Of a DNA stretch of 64,000 nucleotides, positions 41,716 to 54,929 are shown piece after piece. The DNA comes from Stegostoma tigrinum (Eukaryota). Positions within the stretch are counted from its first letter, which is position 1. Each line of letters starts with the position of its first letter. The notes beneath the pieces were generated by a model. That model was given only the letters and a program-made list of their open reading frames with translations. It searched no databases and was not told where the DNA came from. Made by a program: the position numbers and the translations under genes. Where the stretch lies: NCBI RefSeq assembly GCF_030684315.1, contig NC_081362.1:96641187-96705186 (forward strand), in the 5' to 3' direction.

Positions 41716-42235
41716 TTTCCAGCAATGTTCACTTTTGTTCCAAATTACTGTGATGATTATTTTCAGCAGTTTCCCACATAACTGGCATTCTGTTCCCATG
41801 TTTTAATCCCCTGCAGAGGTTACAGCCCCATGTTCACCTGTTTATCCATCAATGCCGTTTGCGCAGCTTACATTGTGTTCAGACCGGACGCCAGTTAGTT
41901 TCAATTTTCGGTGTGATAGCCCCAAACGGTTGGTGTCCCAGGTGAGAAAGGATGAACTGATTCCTCTTCCAAATTCAATTCCTCTCTCGGTTGGTCACAA
42001 CAAAATTAATTTTTAAAGGATGCCTTCCCTCATTGATACCCTTTCTCAGTCCAAATGATTTCCATTTAAAAAGAATCCAAATTAATCTGGGTTTCTTTAA
42101 TAGCAGCTAAACATTCGAAAAGATGGTGAAACATAGTCACAGATATCTGGACCAGCCTTTGGGTTTGTGAAGAGTAAGGTCAACGTAAAATCGTCCTATT
42201 CTCAGAGGACCATAGTTCCAGAGGGCTGCTCTCTT

Positions 42236-42236
<1 letters not shown>

Positions 42237-42275
<39 letters not shown>
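42237..42275 (+). repeat. (GA)n microsatellite
   Basis: About 19 AG units. Confidence 0.95.
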
Positions 42276-42278
<3 letters not shown>

Positions 42279-43377
42279 CTGGTGGGGGTTTAACTGTGGG
42301 TCACCATGCCTCAGGCGAAGGTAGAGGTTGAGGAGATTGGAGCTGCCTGGTAACCTCAGGCAGTGTGGGAATTGAAACTGCACTGTTGATATTGCTGCAT
42401 GTCGTAAAGCTAAGCGAACCAGCCCCCAGCCCCTGCACTATCCCACCCTTGCAGATTCGATGGTGAAACATTGTGGCTGTATAAACAAGAAAACAAATAA
42501 CAGTACAGCACAGGAACAGGCCCTTCAGCCCACCAAGACTGCATTGACACATGATGCATTTCTAAATTAAAAACCTATTTCCTCTGCATGCTTTGTTTCT
42601 CTCCATTCTCCTCTTCATCTATCAGATAAATGATGATCTCCTGGTTTGCTGGGCTTCTGGCTCCCAGAGTGTAAGAACTACTGTGTTCTCCTTACCTATT
42701 GCTAAGGTGTGTCTCATTGCTATTCCCAAGCTGTGACCTTTGCTGGACTGGAATCCACACCAGCACATCAGCCCATGAACACACACAAACCAGGGATAGC
42801 AGTTGGCTGTTAATTCCTTCTGAGTACATTTCGAGAAGAGTAAATCTCACAATGTCTGCAGTTTAGGACATGATCCACAGAAATGACATTCCGCTGAAAG
42901 GAGTAGTCAGCGCCCATTCTCTCTGTCGCCATTGGATCTTGCTAAGCTTTGAAATGTATTCTCTCTTTGCTGTTCTAGTTCCCCCAGTGCCTTTAGAAAT
43001 GGGCCTGACCGGAAGTCCTCTCAGAACTTTGTTAGACAGCAACTCAATTTACAACCATCATCCCTTTTGTGTTGAGATAGTAGGAACTGCAGATGCTGGA
43101 GAATCTGAGATAATAAGGTGTAAAGCTGGATGAACACAGCAGGTCAAGCAACATCAGAGGAGCAGGAAGGCTGATGTGAAAGGTCTAGGCCCGAAACGTC
43201 AGCTTTCCTGCTCCTCTGATGCTGTTTGGCTTGCTGTGTTCATCCAGCTCTGCACCTTGTTATCCCTTTTGTGCTGTCAGGTAGAAATACATATCTTTTA
43301 ATATCCTTCCTTTTGATACTGTGGATTAAAAGCAGAAGTCCTTGCTTTAAATAAACGAAACACTGCTGAGATGGCGA

Positions 43378-44150
43378 GATAACAAAGTGTGGGGCTGGAT
43401 GAACACAGTACGCCCAGCAGCATCGCAGGACCACAAAAGCTGACGTTTCATCAGAAAGGGGGATGGGGAGAGGTTTCTGAAATAAATCGGCAGAAAGGGG
43501 GAGGCGGACCGAAGATGGATAGAGGAGAAGATAGGTGGAGAGGAGTAAGACAAGTTAAAGAGGCGGGGATGGAACCTGTAGAGGTGAGTGTAGGTGGGGA
43601 GGTAGGGACGGGATAGGTCAATCCAGGGAGGACGGACAGGTCAAGGGGGCGGGATAAGGTTAGTAGGTAGGAAATGGGGGTGCGGCTTGAGGTGGGAGGA
43701 GGGGATAGGTGAGAGGAAGAACAGGTTAGGGAGGCGGGGACAAGCTGGGCTGGTTTTGGGATGCAGTTGGGGAGGGGAGATTTTGAAGCTTGTGAAATCC
43801 ACATTGATACCATTTGGCTGCAGCGTTCCCAAGCGGAATATGAGTTGCTGTTCCTGCAACCTTCCAGTGGTATCATTATGGCACTGCAGGAGGCCCAGGA
43901 TGGACATGTCGTCTGAGGAATGGGAGGGCGAGTTGAAGTGGTTTGCAACTGGGAGGTGCAGTTGTTTATTGCAAACCGAGAGTAGGTGTTCTGCAAAGCG
44001 GTCCCCAAGCCTCCGTTTGGTTTCCCCCATGTAGAGGTAGCCACAACAGGAACAGTGGATGCAGTATACCACATTGGCAGATGTGCAGGTGAATATCTGC
44101 TTGATGTGCAAAGTCTTCTTAGGGCCTGAGATGGGGGTGAGGGAGGAGGT
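43378..44150 (-). mobile_element. Penelope-like element, 3' part
   Basis: GIY-YIG ORF 43641-44156 (NVVYCIHCSCCGYLYMGETKRRLGDRFAEH). Confidence 0.9.
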
Positions 44151-45109
44151 TGCCATGCCTTAGTGTTATAGTCCAATAGAGGTATTGAGCTGTACAGCAT
44201 TGTAACAGACCTTTTGGTCCCACTTGTCCATGCCGACCAGGTATCCAAAATTGCTCTATTCCCATTCATCCATCCAGATACATTTCAAATGCTGTAGTTG
44301 TACCAGCCTCCACCACTTCCTCTTGCAGTTCATTCCACACATGCACCACCCTCTGTGTCACTTTTAAATCTTTACCCTCTCATCTTTAACAAGCACCCTT
44401 TCATTTTGAACTCCTCTATGCTGGGAAAAAGAGCTTGACCGTTCACCCTGTCCACACACCTCATGATTCTGTAAACTTCTAACAAGTCACCTCTCAGCCT
44501 CCAGCACTTCGGGGGAAAATGTCTCGGCCTATTCAGGCCCTCCTTACACCTCAAACTTCTTGCCTCTCTGACTTCATATAGGAGAGGAAAAGTTCAGACA
44601 GGGTTATATCAGTTAGAAATTGTGTCTCCATTCTGCCTTTGGTTAAAACAAACAGTTTTCTCTCAGTTTAAGATTATCTTGATCAGTTCAGCGACCTGAT
44701 GTGTGCCTTTATTTACACTGAGTTCATCATTCAGGCAAATTGAAGACTTTGGAATGTTTGATTCATTCTTTCCCTGTTGGGACAACTCTGGGAATAATGA
44801 GCTTGATTTCCAGAAAGTCATGACAATATTGAATTTTTAATAATATATGTTGTAACGATAACTGTAACAGGTTTGAAAATAATTTGTGGTGAGGATCTGT
44901 AGTCATGAGACTTTTTGCAGTGATTGTAACCACAGCTGCGAGATTCTCAGGATAAATTCACTGAAAACAGATCATGAACAACAAATATAGAGATAACAAA
45001 GTGTGGAGCTGGGTGAACACAGCAGGCCAAGCAGCATTTTAGGAGCACAAAATCTGACGTTTCGGGCCTGGACCCTTCATCTTCTGATGAAGGGTCTAGG
45101 CCCGAAACG

Positions 45110-46250
45110 AGAACATCCTCATAAATCCCCTTTGCACACTTTCCAGTTTAACTGTGTCTTTCCTGTAACAGGGTGATCAAAACTGCATACAATTCTCCAA
45201 ATGACGAATACAACTGTAACATAATGTCCCAACTCCTATACTCAGTTCCTCGATGGATGAAGGCAGCATGCTAAATGCATTCTTCACCACCCTGCTAACT
45301 GTGATGCCATTTTCAATGAACAATGTACTTGTACTCCTCGGTCCCTCTGTTCCACAGCACTCCTCAGGAACTGACCACTTACTGTAGAAGTCCTACCTTG
45401 GTTTGGCTTTCCTAAATGCAATGCCTCACACTTAGCTGTATTGAGTTGTATTTGTCAATCCTCAGCCCCCTTCTCCAACTGACCAAGGCCTCTCTGTAAT
45501 GTTTAATAACCTTCTTTGCTATCAACTATACCTCCTAATTTTGTATCATCTGCAAACTTACTAACCATGCCTTGTGCATTCACATCCAGATCATTTCTCT
45601 AAATAACAAATAACAAAGGTCCAAGCACCGACCCCTGTAGCACACCACTAGTCACAGGCCTCCAATTCAAGAGACAACCTTCAACCATCAACCTCTGCTT
45701 CCGACAATAGACCCAATTTTGAATCCAGTTTGCTAGATCTCCCTGGATCCCATGTAACCTAACTTTCATGACCAGCCTGCCATGTGTGACCTTGTCGAAG
45801 GCCTTACCAAAGTCCATATAGATAACATCCACTGCCCTCTCTTCTCCTTTAGTGACTGGTTTGCAAGAACTCCCCAGGTCGCATTGCACCACCCCCTTCT
45901 CCAATCTATCACTCTTCAGATTATAATCTGCCTTCGTGTTTTTGTAGCAAAGCGGATAACCTCACATTTATCCACATTATCCTGCATTTGCCATGCATTT
46001 CCCTACTCAATCAACCTGTCCAATTCACATTGAAGCATCTCTGCATCCTCCTCACAGCTCACCTTCCCATACAGCTTTGAGTCATCTGCAAACTCAGAAT
46101 ATTACATTCAGTTCCATCACCTAAATCATTAGTTGATATTGTAAATAGCTCGGGTCCTAGCACTGATCCCTACAGTTTCTGACTAGTCACTGGCTGCCTT
46201 TCAGAAAAAGACCTCATTCATTTCTACACTTCGTTTCCTGCCTGTTCAGA
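45110..46250 (-). mobile_element. Decayed CR1 RT fragments
   Basis: AVDVIYMDFGKAFDKV..GVLQGSVLGPLLF. Confidence 0.85.
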
Positions 46251-46554
46251 TGTTCTCTATCCAAATCTGTAAACAACATTCACTTCATCCTGGTCAAGCT
46301 CAGCTCTGTCCGTTGGCCCAGTGCTGGCTTTTGACTGAGGAATTCCTAAGACCAGGCCCAGTGCTTACGAAGGAAAGGTTGATATTCCAAATCAGGTTGG
46401 GCTGGGCCTGGAGGAAGCTCGGAATTCAAGCAGTTCCCACAATGACCCTGTTGTTGATCTGCACAATGCTAGAGGTAGCAGCAGAGGTCAGTGTGATCCA
46501 AATAATCTCAGTCAGAGTCTGCACCTTCCACTCCCATGCTGAGCTGCACACTGT

Positions 46555-47365
46555 CTGAGTGGGTCTGAGTGCCCAGTAATCTCAGGGTCTGGGAGGGTCT
46601 GAGTGCCCAGTAATCTCAGGGTCTGAATACTCAGTAATCTCAGGGTCTGGGAGGATCTGAGTGCCCAGTAACCTTAGGGTCTGGGAGGGTCTGAGTGCCC
46701 AGTAACCTTAGGGTCTGGGAGGGTCTGAGTGCCCAGTAACCTCAGGGTCTGGGAGGGTCTGAGTGCCCAGTAATCTCAGGGTCTGGGAGGATCTGCGTGC
46801 CCAGTAATCTCAGGGTCAGGGAGGGTCTGAATACTCAGTAATCTCAGGGTCTGGGAGGATCTGAGTGCCCAGTAATCTCAGGGTCTGGGAGGATCTGAGT
46901 GCTCAGTAATTTCAGGGTCTGGGAGGATCTGAGTGCCCAGTAACCTCAGGATCTGGGAGGGTCTAAGTGTCCAGTAACCTCAGGGCCTGGGAGGGTCTGA
47001 GTGCCCAGAGATCTCAGGATCTGGGAGGGTCTGAGTGCCCAGTGATCTCAGGGTCTGGGAGGATCTGAGTGCCCAGTAATCTCAGGGTCTGGGAGGGTCT
47101 GAGTGCCCAGTAATTTCAGGGTCTGGGAGGGTCTGAGTGCCCAGTAATCTCAGGGTCTGGGAGGGTCTGAGTGCCCAGTGATCACAGGGTCTGGGAGGGT
47201 CTGAGTGCCCAGTAATCTCAGGGTCTGGGAGGGTCTGAGTGCCCAGTAATCTCAGGGTCTGGGAGGGCCTGAGTACTCAGTAATCTCAGGGTCTGGGAGG
47301 GTCTCAGTGTCCAGTAATCTCAGGGTCTGGGAGGGTCTGAGTACTCAGTAATCTCAGGGTCTGGG
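46555..47365 (+). repeat. 34-bp minisatellite, about 24 copies
   Basis: Unit CTGAGTGCCCAGTAATCTCAGGGTCTGGGAGGGT repeated head to tail with point variants; begins about 140 bp beyond the receptor stop codon. Confidence 0.95.
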
Positions 47366-47501
47366 AATATATGGACATGGGACAGTTGTTGGTGAGGAAG
47401 CCTGAATCTGGGTGAATGCAAAGAAGAAGCCGAGATGGTTCTGTTCAAGTGAGTTGCTGTTGACTGCTCTTTGCTGCAGACTGAAAGGGTCTTGTCGAAC
47501 T

Positions 47502-47624
47502 TCAGTTTCTTGCCCATTTTACAACTGCGTACTCTGAGTTACTTTCAGCAGCTGTCACTGTCGGCCGGCTGACTCCTTGTGGGTGAAAGTGAACCTCAGC
47601 ATAATGACATTCTCCTTCAGCCAG
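47502..47624 (-). CDS. Terminal cytoplasmic exon with two ITIM-like motifs
   Basis: Acceptor ttcttttcgattccag|CTG, phase 0. Encodes LAEGECHYAEVHFHPQGVSRPTVTAAESNSEYAVVKWARN*, with motifs CHYAEV and SEYAVV spaced like tandem ITIM/ITSM. Confidence 0.8.
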   Translation of the reverse strand: MAEGECHYAEVHFHPQGVSRPTVTAAESNSEYAVVKWARN

Positions 47625-48398
47625 CTGGAATCGAAAAGAAATATCACTCATTATTTTTCTCAGGAACACCGCAAGTTGCTCATTTGGGCACAGCAAGATC
47701 CCAGCAGAAGCACTGAGCAGATGCTCCATTCTGATGATTGTTGGGGAAGAGACACACATCACTCAGAGAGTTCAGTAGAATCACTCAGCTCTCTGCCAAA
47801 GCAATGTCCTGGGATGTGCTACATCCATCCAAGGCAGCAGAGAGGATCAGGATTTCATTCTTCATCCAAAAGAGTGGCAGATTTTACAGAGCAGCACACT
47901 CTCATTACTGCACTGGACATTCAGCCCAAACTCTGCTCAAATCTACGCAGGGAGGCTTGAATTACCATTCATCTGATTGAGCAGCAAGAGAGCCGTTACT
48001 GAATCCTGCCTGATTTCGAAGGATGCCTTAATCATGATCCACCAGGGAAAAGCTGCAACTCTGGCTCATTCTCCCTTCTTCATGTTGGGTGCTGAGGTCA
48101 ATGAAGCCAAGCTCCCCTCCCCGCCAGCTGCAGACAGCTCATTTGGAGCAAAGCAGAGATTGAAACTTCCTGACCCAGGGCATGTTGTGGCTTTCAGCTC
48201 CTCACAAACACCAGAAAGGAATTGCTTGGATACTGAGGGAATGAAGAACTTTGGGGATAGTGAAGGAAGGGGCTGAGATTAAACTGCAGCCATATTGCCT
48301 TCGTCAGGAGCAGGCTGTGGTTCATTCTCCCTTCTTAATCTGAGGATCCCCTGAACTTGAACAAATCATTAGGAAGAACTAGACCCTAGGGCATTCTA

Positions 48399-48602
48399 AG
48401 ATAATAAAATGTGAGGCTGGATGAACACAGCAGGCCAAGCAGCATCTCAGGAGCACAAAAGCTGACGTTTCGGGCCTAGACCCTTCATCAGAGGCCCGAA
48501 ACGTCAGCTTTTGTGCTCCTGAGATGCTGCTTGGCCTGCTGTGTTCATCCAGCCTCACATTTTATTATCTTGGAATTCTCCAGCATCTGCAGTTCCCATT
48601 AT
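48399..48602. mobile_element. Short fold-back Penelope terminal element with 15-bp target-site duplication
   Basis: About 80-bp near-perfect inverted arms; CCCTAGGGCATTCTA at 48384-48398 and 48603-48617. Confidence 0.85.
48461..48493 (-). ncRNA. Minimal type I hammerhead ribozyme motif, Penelope-associated
   Basis: Minus strand reads cu-CUGAUGA-aGGGucuaggCCC-GAAAC-GUC-ag: intact core, short helix II, and a palindromic ACGU helix III. Confidence 0.7.
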
Positions 48603-49149
48603 CCCTAGGGCATTCTATCTGTGATCACAATCCCACAAAGTGTTGGAGCATTTCCCAGGCACTAGAAGTTTAGGGACATTTCTGTCCATGCAACTTGTTG
48701 CAAGATTCAAAAGAAGGAAATGATTAATTTCTCTTTGATTATTTTCGTTCAGAGCCTGCTGTGGAACAGAAACTCTCTGTTTGTTACAATTTAGGCTTTG
48801 TAATTATTGTGCTGATACTGAAGTTCCTCCCGGATGTGGCTCTTGTTTCTCAAAGCCCTGGTGTTAAAAATGCAGCAAAAACCCACAGCGATGCCCCATT
48901 TGCTTACCACAACAGCAGGAACTGTTGCTTGCTCACTGCTCTGTGTTCGATCTGAAAGAAAATACAATGATAACTCTTCAGAATGGGACCAAGTCACAAT
49001 TGAGCTCTTTAAACTGAGCGGGAAATGCCAGAAGTCACTTTGGGGGAGAGAGAGATAATAAAGTGTGAGGCTGGATGAACACAGCAGACAAGCAGAATCT
49101 TAGGAGCACAAACCTGACGTTTCTGGCCTAGACCCTTCATCAGCTCTCT

Positions 49150-50228
49150 TATTGGATCAGAAATTGGCTTGCTGAAAAAAGACAGAGGGTGGTAGTTGAT
49201 GGGAAATGTTCATTCTGGAGACCAGTTACTAGTGGTGTACCGCAAGGGTCGGTGTTGGGTCCACTGCTGTTTGTCATTTTTATAAATGACCTCGATGTGG
49301 GCGTAGAAGGATGGGTTAGTAAATTTGCAGATGACACCAAGGTTGGTGGAGGTGTGGATAGTGAAGAAGAATGTTGGAGGTTACAGAGAGACATAGATAA
49401 GCTGCAGAGCTGGGCTGAGAGGTGGCAAATGGAGTTTAATGCAGACAAGTGTGAGGTGATGCACTTTGGTAGGAGTAACCGGAAGGCAAAGTACAGGGCT
49501 AATGGTAAGATGCTTGGTAGTGTAGATGAGCAGAGAGATCTCGGTGTCCACGTACACAGATCCTTGAAAGTTGCTACCCAGGTTGACAGGGTTATTAAGA
49601 AGGCATACAGTGTTTTAGCTTTTATTAATAGAGGGATCGAGTTCCGGAACCAAGAGGTTATGGTGAAGCTGTACAAAACTCTGGTGTGGCCGCACTTGAA
49701 GTATTGTGTACAGTTCTGGTCACCGCATTATAAGAAGGATGTGGAAGCTTTGGAAAGGGTGCAAAGGAGATTTACTAGGATGTCGCCTGGTATGGAGGGA
49801 AGGACTTAGAGGAGAGGCTGAGGGACTTGAGGCTGTTTTCATTAGAGAGAAGAAGGTTGAGAGGTGACTTAATTGAGATATATAAAATAATCAGAGGGTT
49901 AGATAGGGTGGATAGGGAGGGCCTTTTTCCTAGGATGGTGACGGCGAGCATGAGGGGGCATATGTTTAAATTGAGGGGTGAAACATACAGGACAGTTGTC
50001 AGAGGTAGTTTCTTTACTCAGAGTGTAGTAAGGGAATGGAACGCTTTGCCTGCAACGGTAGTAGATTCGCCAACTTTCGGTACATTTAAGTGGTCATTGG
50101 ACAAGCATATGGACGTACATGGAATAGTGTAGGTTAGATGGGCTTCATATTGGTATGACAGGTCAGCACAACATCGAAGGCCGAAGGGTCTGTACTGTGC
50201 TGTAATGTTCTATGTTCTATGTTCTATG
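49150..50228 (+). mobile_element. CR1-clade LINE, 5'-truncated, one stop
   Basis: RT ORFs 49189-49809 and 49827-50132, closely similar to the 35467 copy; (GTTCTAT)n tail. Confidence 0.95.
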
Positions 50229-50578
50229 AGTTTCTTTCCCACCAGGAATTTTCAGTGGAGAGGAATCCAGCCACCACAGCAGCAATGTTTGTGAAATTTT
50301 CCGAGCAAGGCAAATTTGAGACAGGAATCTTCAGGTTGTTCAAATTGAGAAAAAGCTGAGCCATTAGAACAGTGATAGCTTCATGAAACTGGATTCAGAG
50401 AAAAGCCGTGGAATTGTTTTGACCATTCAAAACAAAGAAATGAGCAGGAGACAGGTCATCGGAAAAATAAAAGATTTAGAGTGGAGTATAATTTCTGTCG
50501 ACTTTTGTCTCTGTGATGGAGAGTGATGGGAATGTAGTTTAAATATTGTTTTAATGAGTGTGTTAATGTTCTTCTCAC

Positions 50579-50696
50579 TGTAATAAATATGTATACACAG
50601 CATGTTTTGTTTTGCTTTCTCTCTATTGTATTGTATACGTAAGTTCCATTGTTAAAGAACATCTGCAGTCTCCTGTGAATAATCTCCTGTGAATAT
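50579..50696 (-). CDS. Probable first cytoplasmic exon
   Basis: Acceptor atttgtattcacag|A, donor ACA|GTGAGA, 118 nt. Phase 2 to 0 exactly bridges the TM exon and the terminal exon. Encodes (R)YSQEIIHRRLQMFFNNGTYVYNTIERKQNKTCCVYIFIT. Confidence 0.55.
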
Positions 50697-51158
50697 CTGT
50701 GAATACAAATTGTGTTAATCAGACAAATGGCATGCTGTAACAATTAGCATATTGATTACAACATGAATCTAACAGGCTTAAATGGACACTTAGAACAGAG
50801 AGTAACTTCTGCCAAATATTGTAATAATGATTGAATTAAGTTGCCTACCATTTACTGTTGCATACACAGCATCCTGATCTTCAACAGGCCTCCTAAATAA
50901 ATGCCACACATTAGACATTTTACACATTTACCACACAACAACAATACTGTAGTTTTTCACACTTTCGGTGCTCATGGATTTTACAACTTTCACCACGATC
51001 TTTTGAGCCCAGCTCAAAGACGAAAAGAATGATTGTCTGGATTCAAGTCCCAGCTGCCCCAGAGGGTGCGCCACAACAGGTCGACTTAAAAATAACAGTG
51101 AACCCAATCATTTCCCAGCAACTTGTCCACAACAGAACAAGCTGAACAGTGAGGGGCA

Positions 51159-51402
51159 TAGAATCCTGACAGAATGGAAAGGAGCCCTTTGGCCCAACAA
51201 GTCCACACCGACCCTCAGAGTATCCCACCCCCAGACACTACAGGCAAGCCACCTAGCCTGCACACCTTTGGACTGTGGGAGGAAACCTATGCAGACACAG
51301 GGAGAACATGCAAGGTCCACACAGACAGTTGCCAAAGGATGGAATCAAATCCAGGTCTCTGGCGCTGTGAGCCAGCAGTGCGAACCACTGAGCCACTGTG
51401 CC
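51159..51402 (-). mobile_element. HE1-like SINE
   Basis: Reverse complement of the same consensus. Confidence 0.85.
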
Positions 51403-53055
51403 TTGATTAAGAGTAATGAAGGGTTAACCATCTGTCTTTCAGAAAGAGATCTGACTTTAACTTCTGAATTACATAAGTTTCAAACTGTATTAATCTGTAA
51501 ACCTCTCATGTTTTAACATCAAGAAACCAATTAGTTAGAAAAGTATTTACAGGTTGAATCATTTTTATCTGTCTTATCCCACAGATTCAGAAAGGATGTC
51601 CCAGCAGGGATCACTGGAAGAAAGGGGCTTGTTTTTGGGACAAGGAGAAATCACGAGTCTCTGGTTCCCAATCGAGACCCCGTTCTGCAGTTCATATTAG
51701 GAGCTGATGATTTGAGAACTTCACTCTTTCCATCCCAACTCAATAAACACAGCATGTGCACTGGACTGCAGAGGTTCAAGAAGGTAGCTCACCGGCAGCA
51801 TCTCCAGGGAAACTAGGGATAGATAATAATTGCTGGGCCCAGCCACTGATGCCCATATCCCACACACAACATGAAACTAACTCACGTTTGGAGACAGAAG
51901 ACAGATTGATATGGGTGTCACAAGAACACAGAGCTCATGGTGAATCAGAAACATTTCAATTCTGTTTGAGTGTCTCTCTAGTAAAACGGTACTGCATCCT
52001 GTGCTGGAGGGTCATGGAGAATAGTAGCTAGACTCAGCTGGATATGGGGTTCCGGTGGGCTCCCTATGCTCAGACAATGCTTCAACTTCTCGTTGGATTT
52101 ACACTCACTGCTAGATTCAAACAATCTTCACAAAGTCAAAGGTAACAATTACAGCATCAGGAGGAAGCAATAGTCTTTATCTTTTGAATGTTAGTTAAGA
52201 TATTCTGGGCCTATGAGTCCTTTGCTCAGAATGAACATTCCATCATCTCTCCAGACACTGAGAGGGCTCTCCTCTTCAAGGTTACGTCGCTGTGAAGACT
52301 GAAGGAGGCAACTGCACATGTGCAGTGCGGACAGCTGTTTTTGTTCCTGCTTATTAAAAGCTATGATTTAACAGAGACAGTTCAAAGAAGGCTCACTGGG
52401 GTGGTCTCTGGTGCAGAGCGATTGTCTTTTGAGCAAAGGCTAAACAAGTTGGGACTCTACTCCCAGGAGTTTAGAAGAATGAGTTGTGATCTCATTGCAA
52501 CAAACAGGATTCTTAAGGGGCTTTGACAGGGCAAACTGGGAGAGGATCATGGGAGAGTCTGGGGTTAGAGGCCATCGTCACAGGAAAAAAGGAATGTGAT
52601 TTAAGTCTGAAATGAGGAGGAATTTCTTCTCTTTTAGAATTGTGAGCTGTAGGAACTCCTTGCCACAGAGAGCTATGGGACAGAGCCCTTCAGATTGAAA
52701 GGCAAATGTCAACAGGTTCTTGGTCAATTGGGAAATCGAGGGCTACAGAGGAAGGCAGGAAAGTGGACGTGAGGAATGTTGAATCAGTCATGAGCATATT
52801 GAATTGCAAAGAAGACTTGAGGGGCCGAATGGCCAACTCCTGTCACTGTTTCTCCTGTGTCATAGTCACCAGCTCAGTGGGATGCTTCCTGGGAGAAGCA
52901 AACACAGAAACAAGTAAAAACTTCAGACTGTCTTTGTGTCTTTGTAAGTAGCCAGTTTGCAGGACTATGATCAATGGATTCAAAACCCTTTCAAGGGCCA
53001 ATGAACAAGATGAAACAGGCTATTGAGGTGGTGAAGAATGAGGGATCATGGATAC

Positions 53056-54197
53056 ATTTGATAAGGTTCCCCATGGTAGGCTCATTCAGAAGGTCAGGAG
53101 GAATGGGATACAGGGGAACTTAGCTGCTTGGATACAGAATTGGCTGGCCAACAGAAGACAGCGAGTGGTAGTAGAAGGAAAATATTCTGCCTGGAAGTCA
53201 GTGGTGAGTGGAGTTCCACAGGGCTCTGTCCTTGGGCCTCTACTGTTTGTAATTTTTATTAATGACTTGGACGAGGGAATTGAAGGATGGGTCAGCAAGT
53301 TTGCAGACGACACAAAGGTCGGAGGTGTCGTTGACAGTGTAGAGGGCTGTTGTAGGCTGCAGCGGGACATTGACAGGATGCAGAGATGGGCTGAGAGGTG
53401 GCAGATGGAGTTCAACCTGGATAAATGCGAGGTGATGCATTTTGGAAGGTCGAATTTGAAAGCTGAGTACAGGATTAAGGATAGGATTCTTGGCAGCGTG
53501 GAGGAACAGAGGGATCTTGGTGTGCAGATACATAGATCCCTTAAAATGGCCACCCAAGTGGACAGGGTTGTTAAGAAAGCATATGGTGTTTTGGCTTTCA
53601 TTAACAGGGGGATTGAGTTTAAGAGTCGTGAGATCTTGTTGCAGCTCTATAAAACTTTGGTTAGACCGCACTTGGAATACTGCGTCCAGTTCTGGGCGCC
53701 CTATTATAGGAAAGATGTGGATGCTTTGGAGAGGGTTCAGAGGAGGTTTACCAGGATGCTGCCTGGACTGGAGGGCTTATCTTATGAAGAGAGGTTGACT
53801 GAGCTCGGTCTCTTTTCATTGGAGAAAAGGAGGAGGAGAGGGGACCTAATTGAGGTATACAAGATAATGAGAGGCATAGATAGAGTTGATAGCCAGAGAC
53901 TATTTCCCAGGGCAGAAATGGCTAGCACGAGGGGTCATAGTTTTAAGCTGGTTGGTGGAAAGTATAGAGGGGATGTCAGAGGCAGGTTCTTTATGCAGAG
54001 AGTTGTGAGAGCATGGAATGCGTTGCCAGCAGCAGTTGTGGAAGCAAGGTCATTGGGGTCATTTAAGAGACTGCTGGACATGTATATGGTCACAGAAATT
54101 TGAGGGTGCATACATGAGGATCAATGGTCGGCACAACATTGTGGGCTGAAGGGCCTGTTCTGTGCTGTACTGTTCTATGTTCTATGTTCTATGTTCT
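53056..54197 (+). mobile_element. CR1-clade LINE, young, intronic and antisense to the receptor gene
   Basis: 351-aa RT ORF almost identical to the 37146-38715 copy; (GTTCTAT)n tail. Confidence 0.95.
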
Positions 54198-54929
54198 AAA
54201 ACACAACAAAAAAGATCAAGTCCATAAGTTCCAGAAATCACTTCACCCAGAGGATGGGGAGGCTCTGTGAGCCATGACAGATTAATGGCAGGTGGAGAAT
54301 CAATGTCAACATTCAGGATTCCATTGGAGAGGATTGTGAAGAGTCAGGAAACAGGGCAGGGAAATGTGAGATAACAAGGTGTAGAGCTGGATGAACACAG
54401 CAGTTCAAGCAGCATCAGAGGAGCAGGAAAGCTGACGTTTCCTGACTGGACCATTCTTCAGAAATGGAGTATCAACAGTTCCTATTATTAGGGAAATGTG
54501 ATTTGCGTTTTCTGTTGATGTGGAAGTAAAACGCCAGGACAGTCAGTGGCCTGGTACTCACATGGTCTACCCAGCAGGAGATGCTGCGCAGCCAGTGAAC
54601 CATCAGCACTGAGGCGGAACCTAACACTAGGCTTGGTGGGTAATGACCCGATACGACCTGGGGATCCTGCTGGTGATGTCTAATGCTTGGTCCATTCAAA
54701 GATTTCTTACTGTCAACAGTAGGTGCCTGTGGCCTGGCGCTGGAGGGTGTGTGTTACCAGAAATGGAGCAAATTGGAAGTGATTGGGCATCTGGACGTGT
54801 GGGATGGTCTCAACAGTCACTGATCCCCCAATCTCAATGGTTCTGTAAGCTGCAGTGGGAATATCAGCACTTACTGAAAACAATAACTGTGCAGTGACAG
54901 AATCAAACCCAAGATGAACTGAGATTTAC

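Noticed and set aside
46555-47365. CRISPR-like array or coding repeat
   Set aside because: Units are contiguous with no unique spacers, 34 bp is not a multiple of 3, the array lies past the stop codon, and the DNA is eukaryotic.
54562-54620. Candidate 59-nt cytoplasmic exon (ttag|...|GTGAGT; RFRLSADGSLAAQHLLLGRP)
   Set aside because: It ends in phase 1, incompatible with the downstream exons as modelled, and has a weak polypyrimidine tract. It could be real with a further unseen exon, so it is left unresolved.
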